Source of the DNA: Takakia lepidozioides
Lineage: Eukaryota; Plantae; Bryophyta
DNA: 64,000 nt
NCBI GenBank assembly: GCA_030704615.1
Contig: CM060734.1
Location: 61,318,001 to 61,382,000, forward strand
Direction of reading: 5' to 3'
The first letter of the stretch is position 1, and every line of letters begins with the position of its first letter. Below the pieces are notes generated by a model. The model did no database searches. It saw only the letters and a list, made by a program, of their open reading frames with translations, and had not been told where the DNA came from. Below, in pieces: positions 27,301 through 39,127 of this stretch. Made by a program: the position numbers and the translations under genes.

Positions 27301-28884
27301 TGGTTCTACTTATCAAATTGTTCAAGGATAAGTTTAATCATGTGCAAGTTCCTTTGAGCCTTGTTGATTCAGATGTGTGTGAAATATTCTTCAGCAAAGT
27401 GGGAGGTATGTTACAGAATGAGAGGACATATGACGGGTGTGATTTGATTGAGAGTGCGGGAGCATTAACACGCATATCCGAGTTCGAGGTGAATCCAAAA
27501 GGACCCAAGTTCTCAAGAGCTCACAAGAAACAAGAACACATTTGGTTTTCTTTGGAGAAGAAGCCAGATATCCCCCTTGCTGATTTGTCCGACTTTTCTA
27601 CTGTCCAATCGGATGATTGCATTGTGGAGGCTTTGAAAACTGGATTTCTAGAAGCGCAACTTTTATGCCATAAACTTGGGATGAAACCAAACAAAGCGAC
27701 AAACTTGGATTGGTGGAATGAGCCATGGACAATTGAGAGACAAATGGAGGCCGAGCTATTCAAAAGCATGGAAGAGGAGGGTGATGATGTCGATGCCATA
27801 GATTCTATTTGTCCTCTTAATGCAGACACACATATTCAAAATGAGGTCGTGGAAGATGAATTGGTGTGCGGGCCTTCGAATTCAATGGAGGATATTTTGA
27901 GCCAACCTTTGGATGATCATGCGGAAGAGGTACTTGTTCAAAGTGAATTGAGACATACTCTGGATGCTGTCATTGATGAGTTTGAACAAGAGAAAGATGG
28001 ATTGAAGGCGGTGGTTCCATTTGTCAAAGTAGACGGGAAGACCATATTCAAAAGCACTTTGGTTAGCCAACTCAATGGCAACCCTATTCTATCCAAGGAT
28101 AGATTGACACGAGTAAGAAGTGCATCGATGTTGTTTTGCCGAGAAAACAAACCAACTACCAGCAACAAAGCCACGAGCTTGGGATTGGGTTCGGATTGTG
28201 CTGTATTTTTTGTTGATGAAGAGACTGTGATCCAAACTACAAACAAGAAAGGCAGACCAGGGAAAACCTGCAGAGGAGCAACCAAAGGCACTTGGTATTT
28301 GGGCAGGGTTCAAAGAATGCGGAAGAAAATCAATAAGCGGTTTGTAGAATGTATGGATTCTGTTGATTTATTGGAGCGTCCTTCTCATATGGAGATTGGA
28401 TTAGCATGGTACCAAAAAATTCGAGGAGGGGTCTATACGTACGATTTGACGGATAACATGATGGTTGATTTGGATTCCATTATCGCGTTAGCATGTTTAA
28501 AGTACAATGTCAAGTCAAACACATATGTACTTGATGCAAATGACCGAAAAGTCTTTGACAACTTTATCAAAGACAAATAATTTTTTTAATTAATTTGTTA
28601 GATTTTATTATGTTTTAAATGAATAAATTTGATATAATATAAAAACATACATATACATATTGGAGGGTTATTTTTAACGATGGAAAATGAGAATATGCAT
28701 ACAGAAGGGGGTACTTTTTAAAAATTGTAAATTTTTGTATATTTACATGAGGGGGTTTTATAATCTTCAAAAAGTATGTACAGAGGGGGTATAAATTATC
28801 CAAGGACCCGTATACAGGGGGTTTTTTTATTAGGCGACGAACGCACGTGATACGCACAGTTTATAAAGAGTGCACCACCCAGGG
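24315..28884 (+). mobile_element. P-element-like DNA transposon (element B) with transposase and intact 3' terminus; 5' terminus missing
   Basis: 3' end TTATAAAGAGTGCACCACCCAGG(G) at 28861-28884 matches the element A TIR; no matching TIR upstream, where sequence abuts the truncated 3' LTR of gypsy 2. Confidence 0.8.
24378..28580 (+). pseudogene. P-element/THAP9-like DDE transposase with N-terminal Cys/His zinc-finger-like regions; several frameshifts and in-frame stops
   Basis: VMVAEDET, IIGHASDGDSRRRK, DQDFIHNGKILVN (cf. DxxHLxKxxRN), DRQNWATAQRL (cf. DKMNVxxAxQL), DSDVCEIFFSKVG (cf. NQDxLExFFSxxR) in P-like order; frameshift in the G-run near 26120, TAG at 26763-26765. Confidence 0.7.
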
Positions 28885-31800
28885 CTTGGGTGCAGTACTT
28901 GTAGCTTGGTTTAATGGTTTTGCCCTTATCATCCGCCGTCTTTTGGCAATCCGTTGGATTGCACCATCATTCTGCCTCTGTGTTATGATCGAAGGGTAGT
29001 GGTGTCCCACGAAGTCTAGCCCCCAGCGCTGAAATGGTTCTGTTGGTAGTATTGGGTGCAGAGTCCCCTTCCCCGTTCGTTCTACTGGTCCCATCCTCTG
29101 GCAGACATCACACTGTTGACAGTGTTCATAAGTGTCTCCAAATACAGTAGCGCCACCAGTAGCCTGCTAGTAATATTTTCTTTGTTGTCAGGTCCGAACT
29201 GAAGTGTCCTCCTGCAATTCCTTCGTGTAGTTCTTGCATTACTGTTTTGGCTTGTTTTTTGTTTACACATCTTCTCAATATGGAGTCAATTCCTCTTTTG
29301 TACAGAATCCCCTTGATTACTGTGTATGGCTTGCTTTTCATTGAAAGCTTTCTCCTGTCATCTTTGGTGTAATCTTTAGGAAATTTCCCTGTGTTCAGAT
29401 AGTATTTGATTGACCGTTGCCAATCATCTTGATCTTGATCCTGAATGTCTTCTGATTCTTCTTTGGTGACTGTATAAGCTCCAATACTGATATTGGCCAA
29501 TTCTTGATTATTTGTTTCTTCGTTTTCCTTGTCATCTTCATCTTCTGGATCTGGCTCTTCCTCAATAATAAGTCCTTCATCAAGAGGTTCATCTTCATCT
29601 GATGAATCCTCTTCTTCATCAGTGTCATCCATGAGTTTCAGAGCATCTGGAAGGTCATAGTCTCCTTGAAACATGAGCATTTATAGTATCTGTCTCTTCA
29701 TCTGGTGCTTCTGGTTGAACAACAAACAAAAATGCATCGGGAAGTTGATCCTCTACCCCCATGGCTGGTTCTCCTGTAGTAATCCTTGACAGATGATCTG
29801 CTATAACATGTAATCTCCCTGGTTTATGAACAACTTCAAAGTCATACTCATGAAGAAGTAATAACCATCGAGCAACCCTGCCACTAGCTAGTGGTCAATT
29901 TGCTAAATGAACTAGAGCCTGATGATCAACAATAAACTTAAAGCGATTGCCAAGTAAATAATGCCGAAATTTTTGAACAGCATAAATCATTGCCAATGCT
30001 TCCCTTTCTGTGGTGCTATAGTTCTTTTCGGCTGCTGTCAACAATCTGCTTGCATAATAGATTGGTGAATCTATTGTGCATGTCACATTCTGAGCTAAAA
30101 CTGCTCCCAAAGCAATGTCTGATGCATCACTGTGTACATGAAATGGAAAATCCCATCTTGGATTTATCAGAATTGGTGTTGCTGTGAGTGCCCTTTTTAG
30201 TGAATCAAATGATTCCTGGCAAGCTGGAGACCATCGGTATTCGGCATCTTGCTTCAGCAGTCTATAGACTGGTGCCGCTGTGAGCATATTTGTCCATGTA
30301 CCTTCTGTAATAGCTCGTCTGTCCCATAAATCTCTTGAGTTTCTTGGGATTTTTTGGTGGTGGTATTTTCTGGATAACCTCCACTTTCTGTGGATCTACC
30401 AGAATTCCCTGTTGGCACACAATGTGTCCCAATAATAATCCTGAATTCACACAAAATGTACATTTTTCCGGGTTGAGACTTACTCCATTGTTTCTACAGG
30501 CTTGTAGGCAAAGTTTTAACTGTGCCAAATGTTTGGATTTATGTCCGAAGACACTGAAATCATCCAAAAATACCTGCATAAAATCGTTAAGATAGTTCTT
30601 GAATATCTCAAATTCGTTGAAATGTAGCTGGTGCATTGCAAAGTCCAAATGGCATGACTTTGTAAGCATAGGCTCTCCATTCAGTGATGAATGCGGTCTT
30701 TTCTCGGTCTTCTTCTGCCATCTGCACCTGGTTGTACCCACTAAACCCATCCATGAATGAGTACATCTCATGTCCAGCCACTGTGTCCAACATTATTTCA
30801 ATAAAAGGTAGTGGAAATGGGTCTTTCTTGGTTTACCACGGTCGGTGGGGTGATCTGGAGCGTACATCTTGGAGTTTAACACCAGCAGTGATTCGTTGGC
30901 CGTTTCGTATTCGTTCACGGTTCTGTAAGGCATCTGTGTTGGCCACGGTTCACCATACGGTATACGGGGTGGTAATGTTGTCCTCCAGATGAATTGGGGT
31001 CTAGCTGTCGTGGTGCCCTGAATTTGTGTTGCCACATGTCTTAGTACATGCTGATTCACCGTGTCGTTATGAATGTAGTATGCACTTGCAGTTTCACGCT
31101 CCTCATCTTCAGTTTGATCTTCCTCGTTGGCGTATAAGTCATGTATAAGGGCTTTGTCATGTATTCCTTGGTAGTCTTTTAACTTGTTAATATTAATTCG
31201 TCCCACGAATTCTTGTTCCAAGGTCTGCAAATCAATAGTTCCATTGTCATGTACCTTTTTTATTTGAAATGGTCCCATCCATGGAATTTTCAATTTTCCG
31301 CCCAGTTTGATCTTCTTGATTTTTGGTAACCATAAAACAATGTCCCCATCCTGGAAAGATTTCTCTTTCCCTTCGGATATTCTTTTTCTTCGTTGTTCGT
31401 GAATCCGTGCCATGTTATCTGTGGCGTCTGCTCGAACTTCTTCCAAATGGAATAACTCATATTCCCTGACTCGTAGGGATTCTTCTAAACCCCGTAGTTC
31501 ATGAGTTCCGGTTCGTAGTGTGGGTATCATACATTCAATGGGTAATAGTGCCTTTGCTCCATACACCAGTTGAAATGGTGTATGTTTCGTGGTCACATTG
31601 TAGGATGTCCTGAATGCCCATAGTGTTGTGTTCAATTTGGTGTCCCAATCTGTACGATTGGCATTTACTATCTTGGTTAAGATAGTGCATAATATTTTGT
31701 TGATAGATTCGGCCTGACCGTTTCCTTGAGGATAATAAGCAGTACTCTTGTGATGTACGATCATGAACTCCTCCGTCAAGCATTTTATGGCATCATTTAT

Positions 31801-34800
31801 GAAATGTGATCCCTGATCATTGACGAATTCCAGTGGGGCAACCAAATCGTGTGATGATGTTTTCATATAAGAATTTGGCTGTCGATCTGGCAGTGGTTTA
31901 ACTTGCGGTAGTCCACACACACTCGCAGTTTTCCATTTTTCTTGGGTACTATCACAATGGGCGATAACCATTGTGGTGTCTCTACTGGGTAAATGAATCC
32001 TGCATCCAGTAACTTCTTGATTTCTTCCCAAACTTTAGCTGCATAGTTGGGGTTCATTCTGTAACAGTTCTGACGAATTGGTTTTGTGTCAACTTCCAAT
32101 TCAAATCGGTGCTGACAGATATTAGAAGGTATACCCTTCAAATCTTTGTAGTTCCAGGCAAATACATCCTTGTATTCAGTGAATAATGCAGTAGCTTCTT
32201 GTAAAAATGATTCTTCAAGACCTGCACTTACGCGTATTATCTGTGGTTCTCCCACTGTTCCCAGATTCACTTGAATCAATTGAGTTTCTTCCGTTACTGT
32301 CCATCCTACAATCTCTTGTCCGATGGTTGCAATTGTGGCAGGTACTTCACTGATTTGAATGTCTTCTTCCCTTTCTTGATAGAAACGGGCCGGGTGTTGA
32401 GGTGTGTCCATCGCTTCTTCCTTTGGATCTTCCGTTCTTGAAGTATTTGGTTCTCCTTGGGTGTTCACCATGTGACATCCTACTGTTGTGGTATGCTTGA
32501 CCACCAGTTGTCCAATAGATTCCAACTGTGGATGTGCTGCTTATACTGTGGCTTCTTCTTCATCCGACAGTCCACTGGACCAATCATACTCTTACACTAT
32601 GCAAGGTCGTTTCTCTCGTGGAATGGTACCTCGTTGCTTCGTAGTGATGGTGACTTGTTCTGCTCCCTTTTTTATTGTGAGAGTCTGACTTCCCCAATCG
32701 TGGTGTGATTGGGCTTGTGTTAACCATGGTCGGCCAAGTAGTAGCGAATATCCTTCTGCCACATCCTCCATTCTGAGAATGGTTATTGATACTTCGTATA
32801 TCAGTCCTGCTACTTCCATTGCAAGTCGTCTGATGATCCCCAATGGCTGCACTTTTCGTTGATCAGCCATTCGTACTGTGAATGGAGCGGGTTCCATGTG
32901 CCCCAATCCTAGTGACTTCTTCATCTTTTCTGTCATGATATTCACTCCGGATCCTCCATCGATGAGTACATCCGTTACCATCTTCCGTCCAATACGTATT
33001 TGTATTACGGGTATTGCTTCGTCGTAATCTGGAGTTTGTCATATAGTTGTGGGTTTAATCGTGTAAACCTCTGGTGTTGGTTTTTGTTTTGGTGTAGGGG
33101 TCAATGCCTCGATTGCCCGAAATAAAGTTTTCTTGCAGTGTGGAGCAATTTTTAATAATTGTCCAATGGTAATTTGAGTCTTGGTCTGGCAGATTACTTC
33201 GGCCAATTCTGTTTCCGTGGTTGTATTCGTGGTCTTCACCGTTGGTCTGATTTGCTTATCTGGAGTTGGCTCTCCAGAAGGTATATGGGTTCCCTCTTGC
33301 ATTTGAGCTATGGCTTTACTTACCTCCTGGTGTAAGCTCTTTTCCTCCTGCCATGCTACACTTTCTGGATATTGTTTATGTTCTTCTTCAATCTCCTTAT
33401 CTAGAGGTTTCTCTTTCTTGGCCTGAGTTCGGGTTACCGCAAGGGTATCCACTACAGGGGTTACCACACTTACGGCTACACTTGGTCCGGCTTCCATATT
33501 TCCTACTTCTGCCTCATGCTTGATTCGCAACTGGCATTCATGTTTCCAGTGCCCCTCTTTCTTGCAATAGTGGCATCTCGTGCTTTCTTTGTTTTTGGGT
33601 TGATGCTCCCTATCCCATGGTGGATATTCATCTCGTGGCCTTTGATAATGATTACCTATATTGTATCGTATTGGTCCGTCTGATCCTCCCCGTCGGATTT
33701 GGACTTGGTGTACCCCCACCTCTCGTGTGTACCCACTCTTCTTGGCCCGTTGGTTGTAAATACAATGGTTGGCATTATGATTGTTCATATGACAAATATC
33801 ATAGTATTTGTCCTTCATATGGCATTCCGTTGCCAGGTGTCCTGCAGTCCCGCATTTGTGACACCATGTTGCCTTTCGTGACCCTTCATCTTTAAAATTC
33901 TCGATAGCCTCTGCTATCTTCTGATCCAAAGTGGTTTTGTCAATCACTTCTTTCTTCTTTTGCTTGGGTTTTTCTTCATCATCAGAATCTTCTTTTTCCA
34001 AAGGATCCTTGGAATCTTTGCTTCTGCTCTGATGGAATCCCAATTCCAACTTCTTTGCAGTCCCTACTGCTTCAGCCAAAGTGTTGTTAGGCATGACTGT
34101 AACCATGGTTACGTATTCAGGACAAAGTCCATTGATGAACCATGATTTTTGCAAATCATCCCCTGGTGCTTGAGGTAGCTTCCTTATCAGAGTCTTCATT
34201 CTCTCCAGGTAGTCGACTACCAATTCTTTCTTTTTCTGTCTCAAGTTCTGTAATCATGTGAAGATTTTAGACGTGGATTTGTTGGATCTATATCTTTCTT
34301 GAAACGCGGCTCTCATATCCGCCCAATTAGCAAAGTGATTGGCTGGGAAGGTTGCCAACCATTCAATGTTTTTCCGGGCCATTGAACAAGGAAATAATCG
34401 GATATTTTCCTGGTCTGTTGCTTCATTGTAAATGGTGCACATGTTCTCAAATTGATTAAGATGGATATCTGGATCAGATTTCCCATCATATAAAGGAAAT
34501 GGTGGTCTGGTTTTGCTTGCTGCTAAAGCCATTGGTGCAACTGTTTGCCCAAACTGGGATGGTCCCATTGCTGCTGGCTGTGGTGGTGTTGGTGTTTGTC
34601 TTCCAAACAGTGATTCAAAGCTAGGAGGCCCTTGTCCCAATGATAGCCGTCTTCCAGCTGCTGTCCCTACTAAGCTTAATGAATCTTTAAAAGCTTTGAG
34701 TGCGGTTCTGGCTATCATTTCTAGAGAAGTGGTTTCACTTCTTTCACCTTCTTCACTCAGAATGGTATCAAATCTTTCTTCTAATATTTCAGCAAAGCCT

Positions 34801-37356
34801 CGATTTGGACTTGTTACTGTAGAAGGTTCTTCAGATCTTTCTTGTGGTAACCATTCACCAAGTGCATTACTGGCAACTTCTTCTGGTATAGTGTTCCCAC
34901 TTCCCACCGATCCGATTTCCTGATCTTCTGGTTTATCATTGTCAATTTGTCTTGATGTCTCACCTTGAATAATATTCAAGTTCTATAATTCTGGGAACTC
35001 TTCTCTTAACCGAGCCTCCCTTTCTGCAGCATATTTCTCTATTCGTTCAGCTCTGTCTTGTTTAGCTTTTTCTTTAATTTCCTCATTCATTCCCACATCA
35101 TATGCAGAATTCATTTTCGGCACCCTTTAAACAGTCTTGGTATGTCAGTAAAGAAATTTTATAGTGGTCTCTACCCTTTCTTCAAGATTTACCCTATCTT
35201 GCCAGAATCCGTATTACAACTTAATTTTTCTTTTTACTGATTGATCACCAAACTTTTAATGGGCACAATAATACCATCTGTCTTTTTCAGTGTATCTAAC
35301 TTGCAATAAGTCTTTGGGTATCCAGTACTCCACTGCTTCTATGATCATGTGACAATATTCATAATTTGAACATCCTTCTCTGAAAATATAACTAGTGTAA
35401 CAAACTTCTCTGATTGGCTAGACGAGACAACCATTCTTCACTTCTGATTCTACATTCCCAAGGTGCTCGTGTAATACTGATCACTCCTCCCTTCAATCCC
35501 CATTTGTGATCTTCTTTCGCCACTGAAAGAAAGATCTTCTGTTGTATTGTTATTGGTAAGCCATGAAAATTTTTCAGGGATATTTTCCATTCATTTGCTT
35601 CCGTTGACTCGTTCTGTCGTGATTTCAAGAAATCACTGAGTAACCATCCTTCTTTGAGTACTCTTGAACTCAACATACCGATAGTCCCCAGTATGGTCGC
35701 CAAATGTTAACTGCTGGTTTATGACTTAGACGAAACAGGCTATCATCACTACTGCCCATTTCCTAAGACATGCAACAGAGGTTGTCCGACGATATGCTGT
35801 CAGAAACGATTATGAAGTAATCGTTTTAAGGATAGCTAAACCATGAACATCGTATGAATTTATCTCCTTGGAGGGTGCTTAATCCTATTGATTAAGCTCA
35901 ACTTACAGTCTCTTTGACATGAGAGATTGTAGTCGTAAAGACTGAAGTCATTCCATTCATACAACAATTGATAGTCAAGGCAAAACAAGAACTATCCTGA
36001 GATGATACACATTCTCACCATCTCACGTTCCCTCATAATGCACATTTTCTCCATCTCACATTCACTCTACAAAGAGATACTTCAAATAGAATGGCTTTAC
36101 TTCAGAGTTCGTCACATCGTCACAGAAGTACCCACTTAATACGTACTGATCACTCATACTCATACTCATATTGCTCTCTCTCTAAGTGGCGTGCAGCCTT
36201 TTTATACTATGCTCGAAAGAGCCGTTACAATCTGCGGTCGTTAATGACCGTTGCCTAACTGCCTACGCAACCTAAAAGGTTGCTAAAAAGTGGCTCGTTG
36301 CAGTGGTCATGAGCCATAGTGGTAAACGGTCCACTACTCCCTCTATTGGTTAAAGCCAATGCTAACGTGGCCGTGTGATATCGTGGTTCATGACCCACGG
36401 TTACTTCACTACCCACTACTGCTATCGTGGTAATGTACCCTTGTCCCGCCATTGGCTAAGTACCGCGTACTTAGCCGTCTCTGCCTGTGGCCAGGTAGTG
36501 TACGTCCATCACTACCCGGTATGTCCCGTTGTGACCCTCGTTGTCTGTCCCTCGTAGCATAGCCGTTATTAGAACCTTGTAAACATCTGGAAGAATACCA
36601 AATCAGGTATTAATAGGAGGCAAGAGCCCGCAATAGCAAGATGGAAAAATTCTTCACATCGTACCTTAAGAAAATGCCACACCTTGCGATTGCAGTTGTC
36701 CCACCATTGTCAATCTTTTAAAAACTCATGTCAGGTCTGCTTAGTGCTGCAAATTCAGGGCCGACTCGGATGAGAGGGCAAGACAGACTGAAATAGGTCG
36801 AAGAAGAAGGTGCCCTCACCACATTGTCCTTGACCTTGTGTCATGACCCATGGAGGATTTGCCTTCCCATCAACCCAAAAAGATCGCTTCCCTAAACTCT
36901 CCCCTAAACCTTGTAAACATCAGGAAGTATATCATGCCCTGTGGAGAGGAGAGGAGAGGAGAGGAGGGAAAAGAGAAAGCCCGCGGAAGGGAAGGTGAAC
37001 GCAGGAGAGGAGATGAAAGGAGATGAGAGGAGGAGAGGGAAAAGAGAAAGCCGCGGGAGGGAAGGGGAGAAAGATCGCGGAGAGAAAAAAAAACAAAAAA
37101 ACAAACAAAAAAACAAACAAAAGGATGATCCCGCGATTTGATCCCGCGATTTGATCCCGCGGTGCATCGCAACCCTAAACGTCGCTCTTACCACTACACT
37201 ACCCCTTAAAACTCAATAACCCCCTCCTGTAAAATTATATTTAAGGTGTTTTAAACCCCCCTCTGTATGTATAATGTTATACATGGGGGGGTTTAAAATA
37301 CCCCCTCCTGTGCACGCACGTGGCTGGTACATTTAATGAGGAGTGCACCCCCCAGG

Positions 37357-38636
37357 TACCCAACACAGCGTGCATGGTTAGTGTGGCATGCCCATGAGGA
37401 GTTGGGGCATTTTGGAGTGCGACGCACTCATAGTCTACTATAGGGGCAGTATTGGTGGCGTGGTATGCACACAGAGGTGCAACAATTCGTGGCTAGGTGC
37501 ATGGTGTGTGACAGGGTGTGTGCTTCATTCAACGCCCCTACACCACAGTTGCATCATTTACCCATCATGGGATTGGGTTATAGGTGGAATCTTGACTTCG
37601 CAGGGTCGTTGTCACTGACGATACGCCACCACAGATATGTGTTAGTGATGGTGGAGCACTTTTCCAAGTGGATTGAGTTGGTTTTATTGCCTGACAATGT
37701 TAGTGATGGGCTGTGTATGCATTCTTGGATCGTGTACTTAGTCGATTCGGTGTTCCAGCTGAGGTACTCACGGACCAAAGGAAAGAGTTCTTGGGGGAGT
37801 TTCAGGCTTTGTGTGATAGAACCTTGATAGACCACCGTACCACTTCTCGGAATCATCCTGAGGCCGATGGCTTGGCAGAGAGAGTGGTGCAGACAGTGAA
37901 GAGGGGTTTGCGCAAATATGGCTTGCAAAATGGACACCTAAGAGATTGGGATCTTTAGGTACCTTGGTTAGCCATGGACTACAGGTTTAGCAAACAAACA
38001 TCACTTGTCTCCTTCTCATCATATTTCCTTCTCTTTGGCCGAGAGCTGGATTTGTCTGCATCTATTCGCAGGGAGGCTGCACTAGTCCTCAACCTTAATG
38101 ATCCGGATGTGTGGACACAAGCATGTGCCCAGCGGGCAAAGTTGTTCAAGAGAGTCATGCCTATGGCTTTTGAAAACCTTGCTATTTCCCAACACCGAGA
38201 CACATTGAGGTATGTCACTATACGTGGAGGGGGATAATATCGGCCAGGTGTTCGGCGTTTTCACCCTGGGGACTATGTGTATCTGCAGCAGACAGCGCCT
38301 ACGACCTTGGATGTCACAGCAGGACGTGTAATTCTAAGGGTAAAGGAGGTGTTGCCTTCAAGAGTGTTGATTCTGGATGATCGAGATGGCATGGTATGGA
38401 AGGACCATGTGCGCAATTGTGCGTCATGTCACCTTCCACATGTGAATGAGAGGATAGATCCCAAACTTGCAATGGTACCTACAGGGTTGCGTTGCATGCT
38501 ATGTGGGCATGCTCGTGGTGCCGCCACTATGCTAGTGTGTGATCGATGCTCAAGAGGTTGGCACATGGGATGCTTGACACCAACTCTTGAGAGGGTTCCT
38601 GATGGAGATTGGTTATGTCCACACTGCTTGGGATAA
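37357..38636 (+). pseudogene. Integrase and C-terminal PHD finger of the methyltransferase-bearing gypsy element
   Basis: HAHEELGHFGVRRT, CMVCDR, RWNLDFAG, VEHFSKWIE, VLTDQRKEF, HPEADGLAERVVQTVK; PHD CMLC...LVCDRCSRGWHMGCLTPTLERVPDGDWLCPHC* (about 38490-38636). Confidence 0.92.
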
Positions 38637-38895
38637 TGGCAGTGGATATGACTAGTAGCAGCTAATAAGACATGGGAGGCCAAACTCATATGAGTCAATA
38701 CCCGAGATCTCAGGCTCAAGTTCACAGGTTGCAAGACGGCGACTACCAATGGGACAACTTTTGTACCCAGCCTCTTGATCTATCGAGTTTGAGTGTAGTA
38801 GGGACAGTGGTGGAGGACTTAATGAAGCTATGTCACTATCACATCTTGTGGCTACCTGGACTTAGAGGGACCTAAGCGCTAGCTAGGGGGGCGAT

Positions 38896-39127
38896 TGTGA
38901 TGGATTAGTAGCTGCACTAGTGGTTGGACTAGTGGCTGCACTAGTGGTGGCTAGTGGCTGCCTAATGGTTGGACTAGTGGCTGCACTAGTGGTGACTAGT
39001 GGTTGCCTAGTGGCAGCCTAGTGGTACACTAGTGGTGGACAAGTGATAGACTAGTGTTTGGTGTGCACATATGTTGTGTGGTTTTGGACAGCGATGTAGT
39101 TGTGTAGTAATATGTATGCGCACGACA
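38896..39127 (+). repeat. Truncated 3' LTR of the methyltransferase-bearing gypsy element, with CTAGTGG tandem motifs
   Basis: Follows a polypurine tract; begins TG; repeated CTAGTGG; homologous in reverse complement to about 60245-60401. Confidence 0.8.

Larger units (their letters stand above)
24124..36571 (-). mobile_element. Second Ty3/gypsy LTR retrotransposon (gag with two CCHC knuckles, protease, RT, RNase H, integrase); degenerate and rearranged
   Basis: 5-bp TSD GAACC at 24119-24123 and 36572-36576; 5' LTR 35705-36571; 3' LTR remnant 24124-24314 matching 35705-35906; PBS TGGCGACCATACTGGGGA at 35702-35685 (tRNA-Arg-like, inferred); CHKCGTAGHLATEC, CHYCKKEGHWKHEC, VLIDGGSGVNIM, CVDYRKLN, MDGFSGYNQ, VFLDDFSVF, HSDASD, GGHFS, WGLDFVG. 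Confidence 0.93.
19463..37356 (-). mobile_element. 17.9-kb non-autonomous TIR DNA transposon (element A, P-like family) with captured gene fragments
   Basis: Perfect 8-bp TSD TACCCAAC at 19455-19462 and 37357-37364; TIRs CCTGGGGATGCACTC / GAGTGCACCCCCCAGG; 19463-19640 is an inverted ~180-bp homologue of the transposase element's 3' end (28705-28884). Confidence 0.92.
14502..39127 (+). mobile_element. Ty3/gypsy LTR retrotransposon with domain order protease - C5 DNA methyltransferase - RT - RNase H - integrase - PHD; 5'-truncated, degenerate, interrupted at 15311-16069 and 19463-37356
   Basis: Protease-like LDLRAQPLMLGK...YDVLVG (about 14850-15095); RT RMCGDYRP, FSTLDLRSRYHQL, LPFGLKN, CYIDDIIIFS; RNase H FQLHTD, VAYASR, LVTDHQPLKWL, NRDADGLSR; integrase continuous across the 8-bp TSD; PPT 38885-38894 then LTR start TGTGA at 38896. 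Confidence 0.92.

Noticed and set aside
19463-28884. A single autonomous transposon bounded by the 180-bp inverted repeats
   Set aside because: No TSD flanks this pair; the TSD pairs 19463 with 37356, and the 28884 end lies inside gypsy 2
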